DNA of 64,000 nt, from the NCBI GenBank assembly GCA_046483305.1, contig JAWODM010000072.1:23104-87103 (forward strand). Direction: 5' to 3'. The notes under the pieces are model-generated. The model was not told the origin of the DNA. It did not search any database and saw nothing but the letters and a program-made list of their open reading frames with translations. Shown here in pieces: positions 28,859 through 38,380 of this stretch (positions are counted from its first letter, which is position 1; each line of letters starts with the position of its first letter). This DNA is from Candidatus Krumholzibacteriales bacterium. GTDB lineage: Bacteria > Krumholzibacteriota > Krumholzibacteriia > Krumholzibacteriales > WJIX01. The position numbers and the translations under genes are program-made.

Positions 28859-30013
28859 TCAGATTCTGCTGTAAAGCTGTTCGATCAGGTCAGCCATTGA
28901 GCTCCATGAGAACCTCTTTTTCTGCTCTTCGAAATGCGGAGCCATTTTCTCTGCCCATCCATCCCGTAGAAATTTCAACACCGCCGATGCGACCTCTTCA
29001 GGATCTTCGGGCGGCACTATGAAACCGGTCTTGCCTTCAGCCACCACCTCGGGCAGCCCCCCCACAGCGGTCACGATTACCGGACGGTCGAACGCCAGCG
29101 CTATCTGCGCTATCCCGCTCTGGGTGGCCGAAACGTAGGGAAGCACTACCAGGTCCGAAGCGGTGAAGAATTTTTCTACTTCGTCATTATCCACATACCG
29201 GTCCACGAAGGTAACCCTGTCTGAAATGCCCGGGGAAGAGACCAGATCGAGATATGGTTCCTTCTCTTCGTAAAACTCGCCCACCACCATCAGATGAGTG
29301 TCCGAGCCTTCGACAATACGCGGCATCGCCCGGAGAAGGTATTCCAGTCCCTTGTAAGGACGTATATATCCGAAGAATAATAACAGATTTGCATTGTTTA
29401 TTCCCAGTTCACATCGGGCGCTCTCTCTGCTGATCTTGTCCCTTTTGAAAAAGTCGTAGATCGGGTGAGGATGAGTAACCACCTCGGCGGATTTCCTGAG
29501 AGAGATCAGGTCTTTCCTGTCCCGCTCTGACTGCACAATGAATCCGTTACCGGTCAGGAAAGCCAGTTTGCTGAGCAGCCGGTCCGGACCTGACCTTTCG
29601 TGGGGCACCACATTATGGCATATGAAGATAATCTTCCCTTTTCTCAATATCCTCAGTATTGAACATATTTTTGAAATAGCGGGGGCAAAATAGGGATGCC
29701 ACCACTGTACTATCGTCAGGTCGGGGTTGAAGCGGGCTATGTGAAATGCCGCCGCCAGCCAGGTAAAGGGATTTATTGAATCTATGATCCTTTCCGATTT
29801 CATCTTGAGAGGGGATTCGCTCTCGTCGTACTGAGTCTTGCCGGGGAAGAGGAACTCCGGGTACAAACGCTTATAATTGACCAGGTGGACGGTGTGCCGC
29901 CTCCCCAGCTCCATGGCGAGACATGAATTGTAGTGAGATATCCCGCCCCGGTAAGGGTATGACGGGCCAATAAGACAGATCCTCAATTCTTTCTTCATTA
30001 CCAACCGGTTCAT
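28859..30013 (-). CDS. Glycosyltransferase family 4
   Basis: YPYRGGISHY, CHNVVPHE, FFGYIRPYKG, LPYVSATQSG and VGGLPE motifs. Confidence 0.9.
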   Translation of the reverse strand: MNRLVMKKELRICLIGPSYPYRGGISHYNSCLAMELGRRHTVHLVNYKRLYPEFLFPGKTQYDESESPLKMKSERIIDSINPFTWLAAAFHIARFNPDLTIVQWWHPYFAPAISKICSILRILRKGKIIFICHNVVPHERSGPDRLLSKLAFLTGNGFIVQSERDRKDLISLRKSAEVVTHPHPIYDFFKRDKISRESARCELGINNANLLLFFGYIRPYKGLEYLLRAMPRIVEGSDTHLMVVGEFYEEKEPYLDLVSSPGISDRVTFVDRYVDNDEVEKFFTASDLVVLPYVSATQSGIAQIALAFDRPVIVTAVGGLPEVVAEGKTGFIVPPEDPEEVASAVLKFLRDGWAEKMAPHFEEQKKRFSWSSMADLIEQLYSRI

Positions 30014-30945
30014 TCATCGATAAGGTACTCTTTGATGGAAAATGACTGCCGGGACCTCGATGAGAAAAGCTCCGCAAACAGGCCGAAAGAGGCGATCTGT
30101 ATCGCAATTACTATCATGAGCATTCCGCCCACCATAATGGGCCTCACATGCAGTCCCCCTCCGGCCAGCCACTTGATCAGAAAGTAAAGATTTATCAATC
30201 CTCCTATGAGGAAAAACAGGACAGCCACTCTCCCGAAGAAATGAAGCGGAGAGGAAGCCCTCCTGGTAATAAACATAACCGTCATCAGATCAAAAAAACC
30301 GTTGAGAAAGCGCTTTGTGCCATATTTGCTTCTGCCGAATTTTCTTTCGAAGTGAGTAACCTTCTTTTCCGCTATTCTGAAACCCTCCCAGGAGGCCAGC
30401 ACCGGTATAAACCGGTGAAGTTCACCGTATACCGATATATTCTTGACCACATCCTTCCGGTATGCCTTCAGCCCGCAGTTAAAATCGTGCAGCTTCACCT
30501 TGCTGACAGCCGAGGTGACCAGATTGAAAATCTTAGAGGGGAGTGTTTTGGTCAGCGGGTCCTGCCTGTTAACTTTCCACCCCGATACCAGATCGGCCCC
30601 TTCTTCCAGCATCTCTATCATCTCCGGTATCTCTTCGGGATTATCCTGCAGGTCCGCGTCAATGGTAACCACGTAATCGCAACCGGCCGCCCTGAACCCT
30701 TCCGAAAGAGCGGCCGATTTGCCGTAATTTCTCTGAAAGGCGATTATCTTGACGGACCTGTCCCTTTCCCTGAGGGAATACATTATCTCCAGCGACTTGT
30801 CGGTGGAACCGTCATCGATGAAAATAAATTCGTACCTGCTCGCTATCCGGTCCAGCACCTCTTTCAGCCTGCTGTAAAGCTCCTCCAGCGACTGCTCTTC
30901 GTTGTAAGCCGGAATCACCATTGACACCGATCTCTTATCTTTCAT
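30010..30945 (-). CDS. Polyprenyl-phosphate glycosyltransferase (GtrB/ArnC-like GT2 with 2 C-terminal TMs)
   Basis: IPAYNEE, DDGSTD, RNYGKSAAL, DADLQD, LHDFNCGLKAYR and YGELHRFIP motifs. Start moved to ATG 30945 (ATGA overlap). Confidence 0.88.
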   Translation of the reverse strand: MKDKRSVSMVIPAYNEEQSLEELYSRLKEVLDRIASRYEFIFIDDGSTDKSLEIMYSLRERDRSVKIIAFQRNYGKSAALSEGFRAAGCDYVVTIDADLQDNPEEIPEMIEMLEEGADLVSGWKVNRQDPLTKTLPSKIFNLVTSAVSKVKLHDFNCGLKAYRKDVVKNISVYGELHRFIPVLASWEGFRIAEKKVTHFERKFGRSKYGTKRFLNGFFDLMTVMFITRRASSPLHFFGRVAVLFFLIGGLINLYFLIKWLAGGGLHVRPIMVGGMLMIVIAIQIASFGLFAELFSSRSRQSFSIKEYLIDE

Positions 30946-31919
30946 GATATTTCCGTTTCGATATAATTCCTGTACCACTCAAATTCTCTTCTGAGCCCCT
31001 CCTCCAGGTCAATCCGGGGCCTGAAACCGAGCTCCTTTTCCGCTCTGGAAGTATCTGCCCAGGTGTCGGTAACATCTCCCCTGGCCTTTTCTATGAAATC
31101 GACCTCAAGCTCGCTGCCGGATATCCCCCTTATGATATCCAGAACCTTCAGGATCGATGATCTGCTTCCCCCTCCGATATTGAATATGGATTGATCCCCC
31201 CGGTAATCCATCGCCAGCATATTCGCCTCCACGGCGTCCGAAATGAATGTAAAATCCCTGGTCTGGGTTCCGTCCCCGAATATCTCTATCCTGCCGCCGG
31301 TGATGGCGGAGCTCAGGAAACGGCTGAAAGCCATATCTGGCCTCTGCCGGGGCCCATAAACCGTAAAATACCTGAGCGAAACCACGTCGATACCGAAATT
31401 ATAGCGGTACAACTCGCAGAGGCCCTCTCCGGACAGCTTCGTAACCCCATATGGTGAAACAGGTTTCAGTTGATCATCCTCGCTCATGGGCAGTTTTTCC
31501 GTTTCGCCGTACACCGAGCTGGAACTTGAGTAAACAATCCTTACTCCGCCCAGATCCTTCACAGCCTCCAGCAGCTTCTGAGTAGCCGTAATATTCGAGT
31601 CGACATAACAGATGAAGTCTTCGCCCCAGCTCTTTCTCACACCCGCCTGAGCCGCCAGGTGAAATACGGCCGAGACATCATCGAGCAATTCTCCGATATC
31701 GCACCTGTTCAGATCATCCTCGACTAATTCAAACCGGGGATCAGATATTATCTTCCTCAGGTGCCTTCTCTTTCTTCCGGGGTTGTAATAATCAGTGAAA
31801 GAATCAATGCCGGTAACCTGATACCCTTCTCCGATCAGCCTCTCACAGATGTGGGAACCTATGAATCCGGCCGCGCCGGTAACCAGCGCTTTATCCCGGG
31901 GCTTTTCCATCTTAATCAT
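30942..31919 (-). CDS. NAD-dependent nucleotide-sugar epimerase (UDP-glucuronate/UDP-glucose 4-epimerase type)
   Basis: TGAAGFIG, HLAAQAGVR, SSSSVYG, YGVTK and RYFTVYGPRQRPDMA motifs. Confidence 0.9.
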   Translation of the reverse strand: MIKMEKPRDKALVTGAAGFIGSHICERLIGEGYQVTGIDSFTDYYNPGRKRRHLRKIISDPRFELVEDDLNRCDIGELLDDVSAVFHLAAQAGVRKSWGEDFICYVDSNITATQKLLEAVKDLGGVRIVYSSSSSVYGETEKLPMSEDDQLKPVSPYGVTKLSGEGLCELYRYNFGIDVVSLRYFTVYGPRQRPDMAFSRFLSSAITGGRIEIFGDGTQTRDFTFISDAVEANMLAMDYRGDQSIFNIGGGSRSSILKVLDIIRGISGSELEVDFIEKARGDVTDTWADTSRAEKELGFRPRIDLEEGLRREFEWYRNYIETEIS

Positions 31920-34461
31920 TCCTGCTTGAATCCTGCCTGTATTTCTCCATCATCTCCATGAAATTATCGCTTAAACTTCTGAAATCCTTATCGCCCGGAT
32001 GCCTCTCCAGCCACTTGTCAATATACATACGGCCGCTTTCCGGGCGGCCCATAGCGGTGGATATCTGAAATCCGTATACATAAAGGTCTCTCTCATCAGG
32101 CACATAACTTATAGCCCGGTCAACTACCTCCAGGGCGGCAAGGGGCTGGCCGGACTCCTCATAGACGGTTATCAGGCCGGCGTAATAGGCTCCCGTATAG
32201 GGATCCTCCTCGATGAGGTCCTTGTAGAACTCTATCGCTTTTCCGGTCTGCCCGTTCCTGTTATAGTACAGCCCCAGGTATTTCCTGGTCCATTCAAAAG
32301 TTTCGTTGAACTTCAGGGAGAGCTCGCCCCATTCTATCGCATCCTCATAGTTCCCCTCGCTCGCCTTTACCTGAGCAATCTGGAAGGCCGCCACAGAATA
32401 ATTGACGAACATGCTTCTGGTATCCTCGGTCTTGTAGATGGAGTTATCCACCTTCCCATCCTCCGTGAGCACTCCCCGGTATTTGAAGAAATCCCTGAAT
32501 CCCCTGATCATGGCATATTCGTTCATCAGATGGTCTCCCCTGTAATCCACCAGCCTGCGAACCATCCCCTCCATCTCCAGGTGCTTGCGGTAAGGGTCCC
32601 ATATTTCGCTGGGAACGGTTACCGCGAAATATACAGGGCGTTCCCAGATGCTCTCTGTGATAATCTTCCTGACCGCCTGGTCTCTTCTCCAGAATATCCC
32701 TCCGTTTTTCATTCTCATCGGCCGGAGGTTCCTGATCTCTTCATCAGTCATATCAATGGGGATCCTGGGTTCCTGATCCCGGAGCTGCCTGATGTACCAG
32801 TTGGTCTCAAGAAGGCTCAGATTGGCCACTCTCACATCTGTCCTGAAATTCTCGACAGTCTGAATATACCACAGAGGGAAGGTATCGTTATCCCCATTTG
32901 TAAATATAATGGCATCCGGTTCCAGGGGCGCCAGCAGGTTGAAGGCGTAGTCGCGGGCCAGGTAATTCTCGGACCGGTCATGCTTGAACCAGTGATACCT
33001 GGCCGGAAGAACAGCGCATATTATCAGCAGGACTCCCATGGATAACACGTACCTCCTCACCTTCATCTTCCTCTCCCTGAGATAATCCCGGGCAAGAATC
33101 AGAAGGGATGTCGCCCCTATCCCTATGAAGATGGAAAAGAAATAGAATGCGCCGCTGTAGAAATAGTCTCTCTCCCTGACTTCATTGTCGCTGAAATTAA
33201 GGAATACAATCAGGCCGAGCGAATTCAGCAGGAATGAGGTGAACACCAGGAACCAGCTCCTGCGCTCCCTGGAGTAATGGGTTCCGATTCCGTAAAGGCC
33301 CAGCACCAGGGGCACCAGTATGCTTAATTTGCCTATATTCAGGATTCCGATACTGTAATCGCCCCACATCCGGAACTGACTATAGAAGTATTTCCAGAAA
33401 TACTTGAACTGGAAGATCCAGCTGGCCTTTCGCTGAAAAACATGCAGCGGGGGATACTGTTCCCTTCTGAGAACGTAGTAGAGGGCCCGCCAGTTTTCCG
33501 GGTCGACCTCATCTATTGCCGGATCGAGCCCGGAGCGTATATACAGGTAGAGATGCACGGATATCCCCAGTATGAAAAGGGCGGTTGCCGAAACCGCGAA
33601 CCGGCCCTCAGAGAGCGAGCACCAGATCAGCAGCACCATGAAAATGAGCAGCCCCACCAGGGTAATCATCGAATTCTTGTAAAGGGTCATATCGGCTACC
33701 AGCACAGCCATCCCGAAAGTAAATACCAGCAGTTCGAAATTACTGATAGCCTTTTCTTTCACCAGCAGCAGAAGTATAAAGACGCCGCCGTAGACCAGTA
33801 TGGTTCCAAGGTGGAATCCGATCCCCAGAGAGAGCAGATAGATTATCAGCAGGATCAGATTGCGCGAATGTTTCTTCTTCATCTGCTCCAGCCTGGATAT
33901 CTCCTTCTTCCCCGCCTGTCTGCCCATCTCTCCGGTGATCAGTTCCTTTCTCCCCTTATCCAGAACTCCGGCGGGGTTCTGATACCATTTGAGCGCCAGT
34001 ACCACACAGAGGCCCATTACGAAGGCGCTGAGAGCGTAGACTTCCGCCTCGGTTGCGTCCCACCAGTAGGTATCGCTGAAGGTAAGAAACAATGACCCGG
34101 TGACCGGGCCGGCATAGAGAATGAATTTCTTGAGCCCGTCTCTGGCCCCCTTGAACATCAGGCGCACCACGTAGTGCATTACCAGGTAAGCCATCAGAAC
34201 TCCCAGGGCGCCGCATAGAGCCGAAAGGAAATTGACCTTCTGGGCAATGCTGATCCCGAGCGGCAGCATGGTGAACACCCTTCCCACCAGGATATACATC
34301 GGGGTTCCCGGTGAATGCGGTATTCCAAGGATGTATGACGAAGCTATAAACTCTCCGCTATCCCAGAAAGAGACAGTGGCCGCCATGGTCATTACATATA
34401 TTATCAGGGCAAGCAGGAAAACCAGGGATGCTACCAGGTAGTTCAGTTTGGTATCAGACAT
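31912..34461 (-). CDS. DUF2723 / TMEM260-like GT-C membrane protein with C-terminal TPRs
   Basis: SFWDSGEF...LGIPHSPGTP, EAEVY, REQY, ERDYF and FTNGDNDTFPLWY motifs; TPR-like helices in roughly the last 170 aa. Confidence 0.85.
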   Translation of the reverse strand: MSDTKLNYLVASLVFLLALIIYVMTMAATVSFWDSGEFIASSYILGIPHSPGTPMYILVGRVFTMLPLGISIAQKVNFLSALCGALGVLMAYLVMHYVVRLMFKGARDGLKKFILYAGPVTGSLFLTFSDTYWWDATEAEVYALSAFVMGLCVVLALKWYQNPAGVLDKGRKELITGEMGRQAGKKEISRLEQMKKKHSRNLILLIIYLLSLGIGFHLGTILVYGGVFILLLLVKEKAISNFELLVFTFGMAVLVADMTLYKNSMITLVGLLIFMVLLIWCSLSEGRFAVSATALFILGISVHLYLYIRSGLDPAIDEVDPENWRALYYVLRREQYPPLHVFQRKASWIFQFKYFWKYFYSQFRMWGDYSIGILNIGKLSILVPLVLGLYGIGTHYSRERRSWFLVFTSFLLNSLGLIVFLNFSDNEVRERDYFYSGAFYFFSIFIGIGATSLLILARDYLRERKMKVRRYVLSMGVLLIICAVLPARYHWFKHDRSENYLARDYAFNLLAPLEPDAIIFTNGDNDTFPLWYIQTVENFRTDVRVANLSLLETNWYIRQLRDQEPRIPIDMTDEEIRNLRPMRMKNGGIFWRRDQAVRKIITESIWERPVYFAVTVPSEIWDPYRKHLEMEGMVRRLVDYRGDHLMNEYAMIRGFRDFFKYRGVLTEDGKVDNSIYKTEDTRSMFVNYSVAAFQIAQVKASEGNYEDAIEWGELSLKFNETFEWTRKYLGLYYNRNGQTGKAIEFYKDLIEEDPYTGAYYAGLITVYEESGQPLAALEVVDRAISYVPDERDLYVYGFQISTAMGRPESGRMYIDKWLERHPGDKDFRSLSDNFMEMMEKYRQDSSRND

Positions 34462-34519
34462 TATTCCTTTTTCCTTGTAGCGTACTTGTTTGCAGTATCC
34501 TTTTGAACTTTATAAAATT

Positions 34520-34548
34520 AAGATAATTCCTGCGTAATTGAAAGTAAA
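34520..34548 (-). promoter_or_regulatory. Putative internal sigma70 promoter upstream of the DUF2723 gene
   Basis: TTTACT-17 bp-TATCTT in an AT-rich 93-bp gap. Confidence 0.5.
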
Positions 34549-34554
34549 TATTAT

Positions 34555-35514
34555 TCAATTCTGTTTAAGATGCCTCTTGAGGAAAAGAATCCCTCCCGCG
34601 AGACTTACCATAACCATTATAACATAAGTGAGGAATTCTATCAAAAGAGCCTGTTCTCCGGCTATGGAGACCCCGGCGAAGAGAAGGACCCCCGCCCCCT
34701 CTCTGACCCCCAGCCCGTTAATTGATACCGGCAGGATCATGATCAGTCCAAGAAGCGGCACGAAAACGAAAAAGTAAAGCGGCATCAGGCCGGAGAGGTC
34801 CAGCCCCAGCGCTCCGCCGACCACGATGTGAGTCGATACTCTGAGCGACTGTACTACCAGGGCGAGACATGTAACTCTGAACATGACCGGCCTGATATTT
34901 CTTAATTCGCCCAGCTGATTGAATATAACGGTCATCCTCGAACCTATGTCGAACAGTTCTATCCTCGAGAACAGCCTTCTCACCAGGCGGGAGACCGGCC
35001 TGCTGAAAGTCAATACCGCCGCAGAAATGATAATGCCCCCGAAAATAATAATATACAGATAGAGATTTTCTATCAGGCCCCGGGGCAGCAGGATCAAAGA
35101 TGCAGCCAGAGCGACAGCGCATAATCCCAGGATACCGAATATCCGGTCCAGCAGGGTGATCGCTAATACCCTGAATGGGTCGTACCCCTTCCTTGAAACA
35201 TCAAATATCTTGAAGGCATCCCCACCCACATTGGCGGGGAGAAAATTATTGAAGAAAAGGCCTACAAAGTAAAATCTTACCGCGGCCAGGAAGCTTATGC
35301 GCATATCGCTCTCCTTAAGGAGAATGTACCACTGCAGCGCCCCCAGGATGCTGCTCAGAGAGAAAAGGCCGGCTGCCGCGATAAGCCAGAGCGGATTTAC
35401 ATTCTTCAAATTGGCCGTGATCTTGCCGGGTGATATCTTCCAGACCAGAAAACTTATCAAACCGAGGCTTACCAGAACCTTCAATGTCTGCAGCAGCGCT
35501 TTCCTTGCCCTCAA
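34555..35514 (-). CDS. UPF0104 / LPG_synthase_TM family membrane protein (putative polyprenyl-P-sugar flippase)
   Basis: FFNNFLPANVGGD, LDRIFG and PVSINGLGVRE motifs; about 8 TM; TTG start. Confidence 0.85.
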   Translation of the reverse strand: MRARKALLQTLKVLVSLGLISFLVWKISPGKITANLKNVNPLWLIAAAGLFSLSSILGALQWYILLKESDMRISFLAAVRFYFVGLFFNNFLPANVGGDAFKIFDVSRKGYDPFRVLAITLLDRIFGILGLCAVALAASLILLPRGLIENLYLYIIIFGGIIISAAVLTFSRPVSRLVRRLFSRIELFDIGSRMTVIFNQLGELRNIRPVMFRVTCLALVVQSLRVSTHIVVGGALGLDLSGLMPLYFFVFVPLLGLIMILPVSINGLGVREGAGVLLFAGVSIAGEQALLIEFLTYVIMVMVSLAGGILFLKRHLKQN

Positions 35515-35523
35515 AACAGCTCC

Positions 35524-36639
35524 TCAACTCTTTGAATTACTCATGAATTCCCGGATAACAGCCTCAGTTTCCCTGGCGCACCTTTCCCAGGTCAGTTTAC
35601 TGACCCTCTCTATCCCTCCCCTGCTTAGTTTCTTCCAGAGCTGTTTATTTCTGATAAGCTCCACCATCCGGTCCGCGAAACTGTTTTCATCACCGTGCGG
35701 CACCAGAAAACCTGTTTCGCCGTGTATTACCGAATCCCTCAGCCCGGGACTGTCACTGGCCACTACCGGCATCCCGCAGGCATTCGCTTCCACCACTGTC
35801 AGCCCCCAGCCCTCCTTGGGACTGGGATTTACCAGCAGGTGAGCCCTGTTCAGAAAATCCACCAGCTCGTCGAAATCGACGTAACCCCTGAACTCGACGG
35901 TATCCTCAAGGTCCATCTCACGCACCTTATTCTCCAGGGTCTTCCTGTACGGCCCGTCACCGATGATGACAAACCTCAATCCGGGGATTTTTTCCCTGGC
36001 TATCCCGGCCGCGGCAAGCGCTATCTCCACACCCTTGTACTTCCTCAATCTGCCCAGGTGGACCACGGTAGGCTGTTCGAATCTTTCCAGGCCGGCATGA
36101 TAGAACCGGTCATGATCTAGGCCGCAGAGCACCACCCTGATCCTTTCCGGGTCGACCCCCCTCTCTACCAGGTCTTCTCTGGTACTGGGGCTTATCACCA
36201 TGAACAGGCTGTCTTTGAAAACTCCGGGGATGAGCTTTTCGGCCATAACCACATAGGTTCCTATCAGCCGGTTTGTCTCCCGGAAAACCGTGGTTCCGAA
36301 AAGATGCGGAACAACCGGGAGGACCGGAGTGCCGGTATACAGGGGCATGAAGAAAGGTATCTTGTTGATATCCTCCAGGATTACGTCGTATGAATTATCC
36401 CGGAAATGCTTCCTGGCGAAGATCGGCAGGGTGAAATTAGCGTCAAACCAGTGGCCCCTTCGCATAACCCTTATTCCGTCTATCTCCTTTTCCTTCTCCC
36501 CTCCCGGAAAACCAGCCGAAATCTGGGCCACCTGATGGCCCCATTTTCCCAGGTGCCTGAGTATTTCGTGCAGATGAACCTCCGCTCCGCCAGCCTCGGG
36601 GTTCTCTATATCTCTCCAGTTAACCGCCATGATTTTCAT
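35524..36639 (-). CDS. Glycosyltransferase family 4
   Basis: NWRDIENPEAGGAE, GRLRKYKG and EGWGLTVVEANACG (EX7E) motifs. Confidence 0.92.
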   Translation of the reverse strand: MKIMAVNWRDIENPEAGGAEVHLHEILRHLGKWGHQVAQISAGFPGGEKEKEIDGIRVMRRGHWFDANFTLPIFARKHFRDNSYDVILEDINKIPFFMPLYTGTPVLPVVPHLFGTTVFRETNRLIGTYVVMAEKLIPGVFKDSLFMVISPSTREDLVERGVDPERIRVVLCGLDHDRFYHAGLERFEQPTVVHLGRLRKYKGVEIALAAAGIAREKIPGLRFVIIGDGPYRKTLENKVREMDLEDTVEFRGYVDFDELVDFLNRAHLLVNPSPKEGWGLTVVEANACGMPVVASDSPGLRDSVIHGETGFLVPHGDENSFADRMVELIRNKQLWKKLSRGGIERVSKLTWERCARETEAVIREFMSNSKS

Positions 36640-36652
36640 TTTGACGTCACCC

Positions 36653-37426
36653 TCACTCTTTCCTTGCTATGGTCCCTATTACCACGGTTGAATACAGAGC
36701 CGCTCTCCTGGAAAGCAGAAAAGTCCTGAGGCCTGAAAATCTGCTTCGGAAGAAGGCAAAGATCCCCGGATTCATCGGAAGCCGGATCCCCATTCCGGAC
36801 AGCGCCTTTCGCAACATCCTGAACCATATCGGCGGATTAAGCCACTCGCCGTAACTCCTTACGATACTGAACCGGTGCTTGCGGAGCAGTCCCTCCAGCT
36901 CCCTGACACTGAACTCTGTTTCCCATCCCGCGAACCATTTGCCCATCCATATCAGAACATGCTTCACCAATGTATAATAGTGGTAACGCTGGGGAACATC
37001 CACCAGGAGATACCCGCCTTTCTTGAGAACTCTCCTGTGCTCATCTATCATATCCTCCGGATTTCTGAAATGCTCCAGCAGCCCCTGATGAAATACCAGG
37101 TCAAAGGTCTCATCCCCGAAAGGGAGATCAAAGGCATCGCCGCAGCAGAGATAAACCCGGTCCTCCCCCCTGAGCTGATATTTAACCAGATCCAGCGCCT
37201 CTCTGCTGTAATCCAGAGATATTACCGTCGCCCCCATCCTGGAGAAGAGAATTCCATCCCTGCCTGATCCAGAGCCTACCTCAAGAATATTTAATCCCTC
37301 CGGCGAATCGACTTCGCTGAAGTGCCTGGTGACCCTCTGTTCATTATCGTAAACCTGTTCCACGTCAGGCGATCTCTTCCAGAAACGGTCCCAGTGTTTC
37401 TTCTCAGATTTTTTCCTCGCATCCAC
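36653..37426 (-). CDS. Class I SAM-dependent methyltransferase
   Basis: LEVGSGSG, DAFDLPF, FDLVFHQGLLEH and RVLKKGG motifs; GTG start. Confidence 0.88.
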   Translation of the reverse strand: MDARKKSEKKHWDRFWKRSPDVEQVYDNEQRVTRHFSEVDSPEGLNILEVGSGSGRDGILFSRMGATVISLDYSREALDLVKYQLRGEDRVYLCCGDAFDLPFGDETFDLVFHQGLLEHFRNPEDMIDEHRRVLKKGGYLLVDVPQRYHYYTLVKHVLIWMGKWFAGWETEFSVRELEGLLRKHRFSIVRSYGEWLNPPIWFRMLRKALSGMGIRLPMNPGIFAFFRSRFSGLRTFLLSRRAALYSTVVIGTIARKE

Positions 37427-37491
37427 AGCCTTAATCCTCTCCCGGGTGGTCAGCCAGATAATAATATTTTACGCGGAAAGAAACGAAAAGT

Positions 37492-37899
37492 TCATTTTCT
37501 GACTTCCGCCGAGACCTTATCCAGGATTCCGTTAACGAATTTGCCGGCCTTTCCGGAGCTGAATTTGTGAGCGATCTCAATCGCTTCGTTGATAATAACA
37601 TTCTTTGGGATAGACTTGAAATATATTAGCTCGGCAATAGCTATACGGAGAATAATAAGGTCTACGAGGGCGAGCCGTTCAAGCTTCCAATTCTTCAGAT
37701 TCGATTCAATAATGGAATCGAGCCGCTCCTTCTCCCTGTTTACACTGGCAATAAGCTCCCTGGCGTAATGAACCGGTTCGCCTTCGGATTTTCTTCTGGC
37801 CGCATTATCCTCCAGCGCTTTTTCGCTGTCTTCCCCAGAGAGTTCAACGGCGTAAAGCGTCTGCAGCGCAATTTCCCTGGCTTTTCTCCTGCGGGTCAA
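37492..37899 (-). CDS. nusB: Transcription antitermination factor NusB
   Basis: RRKAREIALQ, NWKLER, INEAIEIA and FVNGILD motifs; follows ribH. Confidence 0.97.
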   Translation of the reverse strand: MTRRRKAREIALQTLYAVELSGEDSEKALEDNAARRKSEGEPVHYARELIASVNREKERLDSIIESNLKNWKLERLALVDLIILRIAIAELIYFKSIPKNVIINEAIEIAHKFSSGKAGKFVNGILDKVSAEVRK

Positions 37900-37914
37900 T
37901 AGCCACTCTCTTTC

Positions 37915-38379
37915 TTACTTCATTCCAGCGAAGAGGTTCACCATCTCCAGAGCTGAAAGGGCGGCCTGCCACCCCTTGTTACCCGCTTTACTCCCCGCCC
38001 TCTCCAGAGCCTGTTCCTGAGTATCAGCTGTAATTACTCCGAAAGAAACCGGCTTGCCGGATCCCATTCCGGCGGCTGAAACATCCTTTACTACCTGGGA
38101 AGCCAGAATATCGAAGTGCGGGGTATCCCCTCTTATCAACGTTCCGATGCATATCACCGCATCCACGTCCGTCTCGGCGACCTTAACTGCCGCCTGGGGT
38201 ATCTCGAACGATCCCGGAACCCGGTAGAGAGAGATATCGTCTTCATCCACACCGTGCCGCTTGAGACAATCAACCGCTCCCTTCAGAAGGCTCTCGGTAA
38301 CCAGTTCGTTGAAGCGCCCCAGCACTATTCCGAACCGTTTTTCCGCGCCCAGAAGTTTACCGCTTTTTTCCCTGACCAT
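37915..38379 (-). CDS. ribH: 6,7-dimethyl-8-ribityllumazine synthase
   Basis: RFNELV, VPGSFEIP, IRGDTPHF and GNKGWQAA motifs. Start moved to ATG 38379. Confidence 0.97.
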   Translation of the reverse strand: MVREKSGKLLGAEKRFGIVLGRFNELVTESLLKGAVDCLKRHGVDEDDISLYRVPGSFEIPQAAVKVAETDVDAVICIGTLIRGDTPHFDILASQVVKDVSAAGMGSGKPVSFGVITADTQEQALERAGSKAGNKGWQAALSALEMVNLFAGMK

Positions 38380-38380
38380 T

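Noticed and set aside
31999..33045. 348-aa plus-strand ORF (likewise 42709-43704, 19446-20267, 52405-53220, 38864-39655, 30148-30924, 3263-4003)
   Set aside because: Each lies antisense to a well-supported gene and has no recognisable motifs, as expected for shadow ORFs arising from codon bias.
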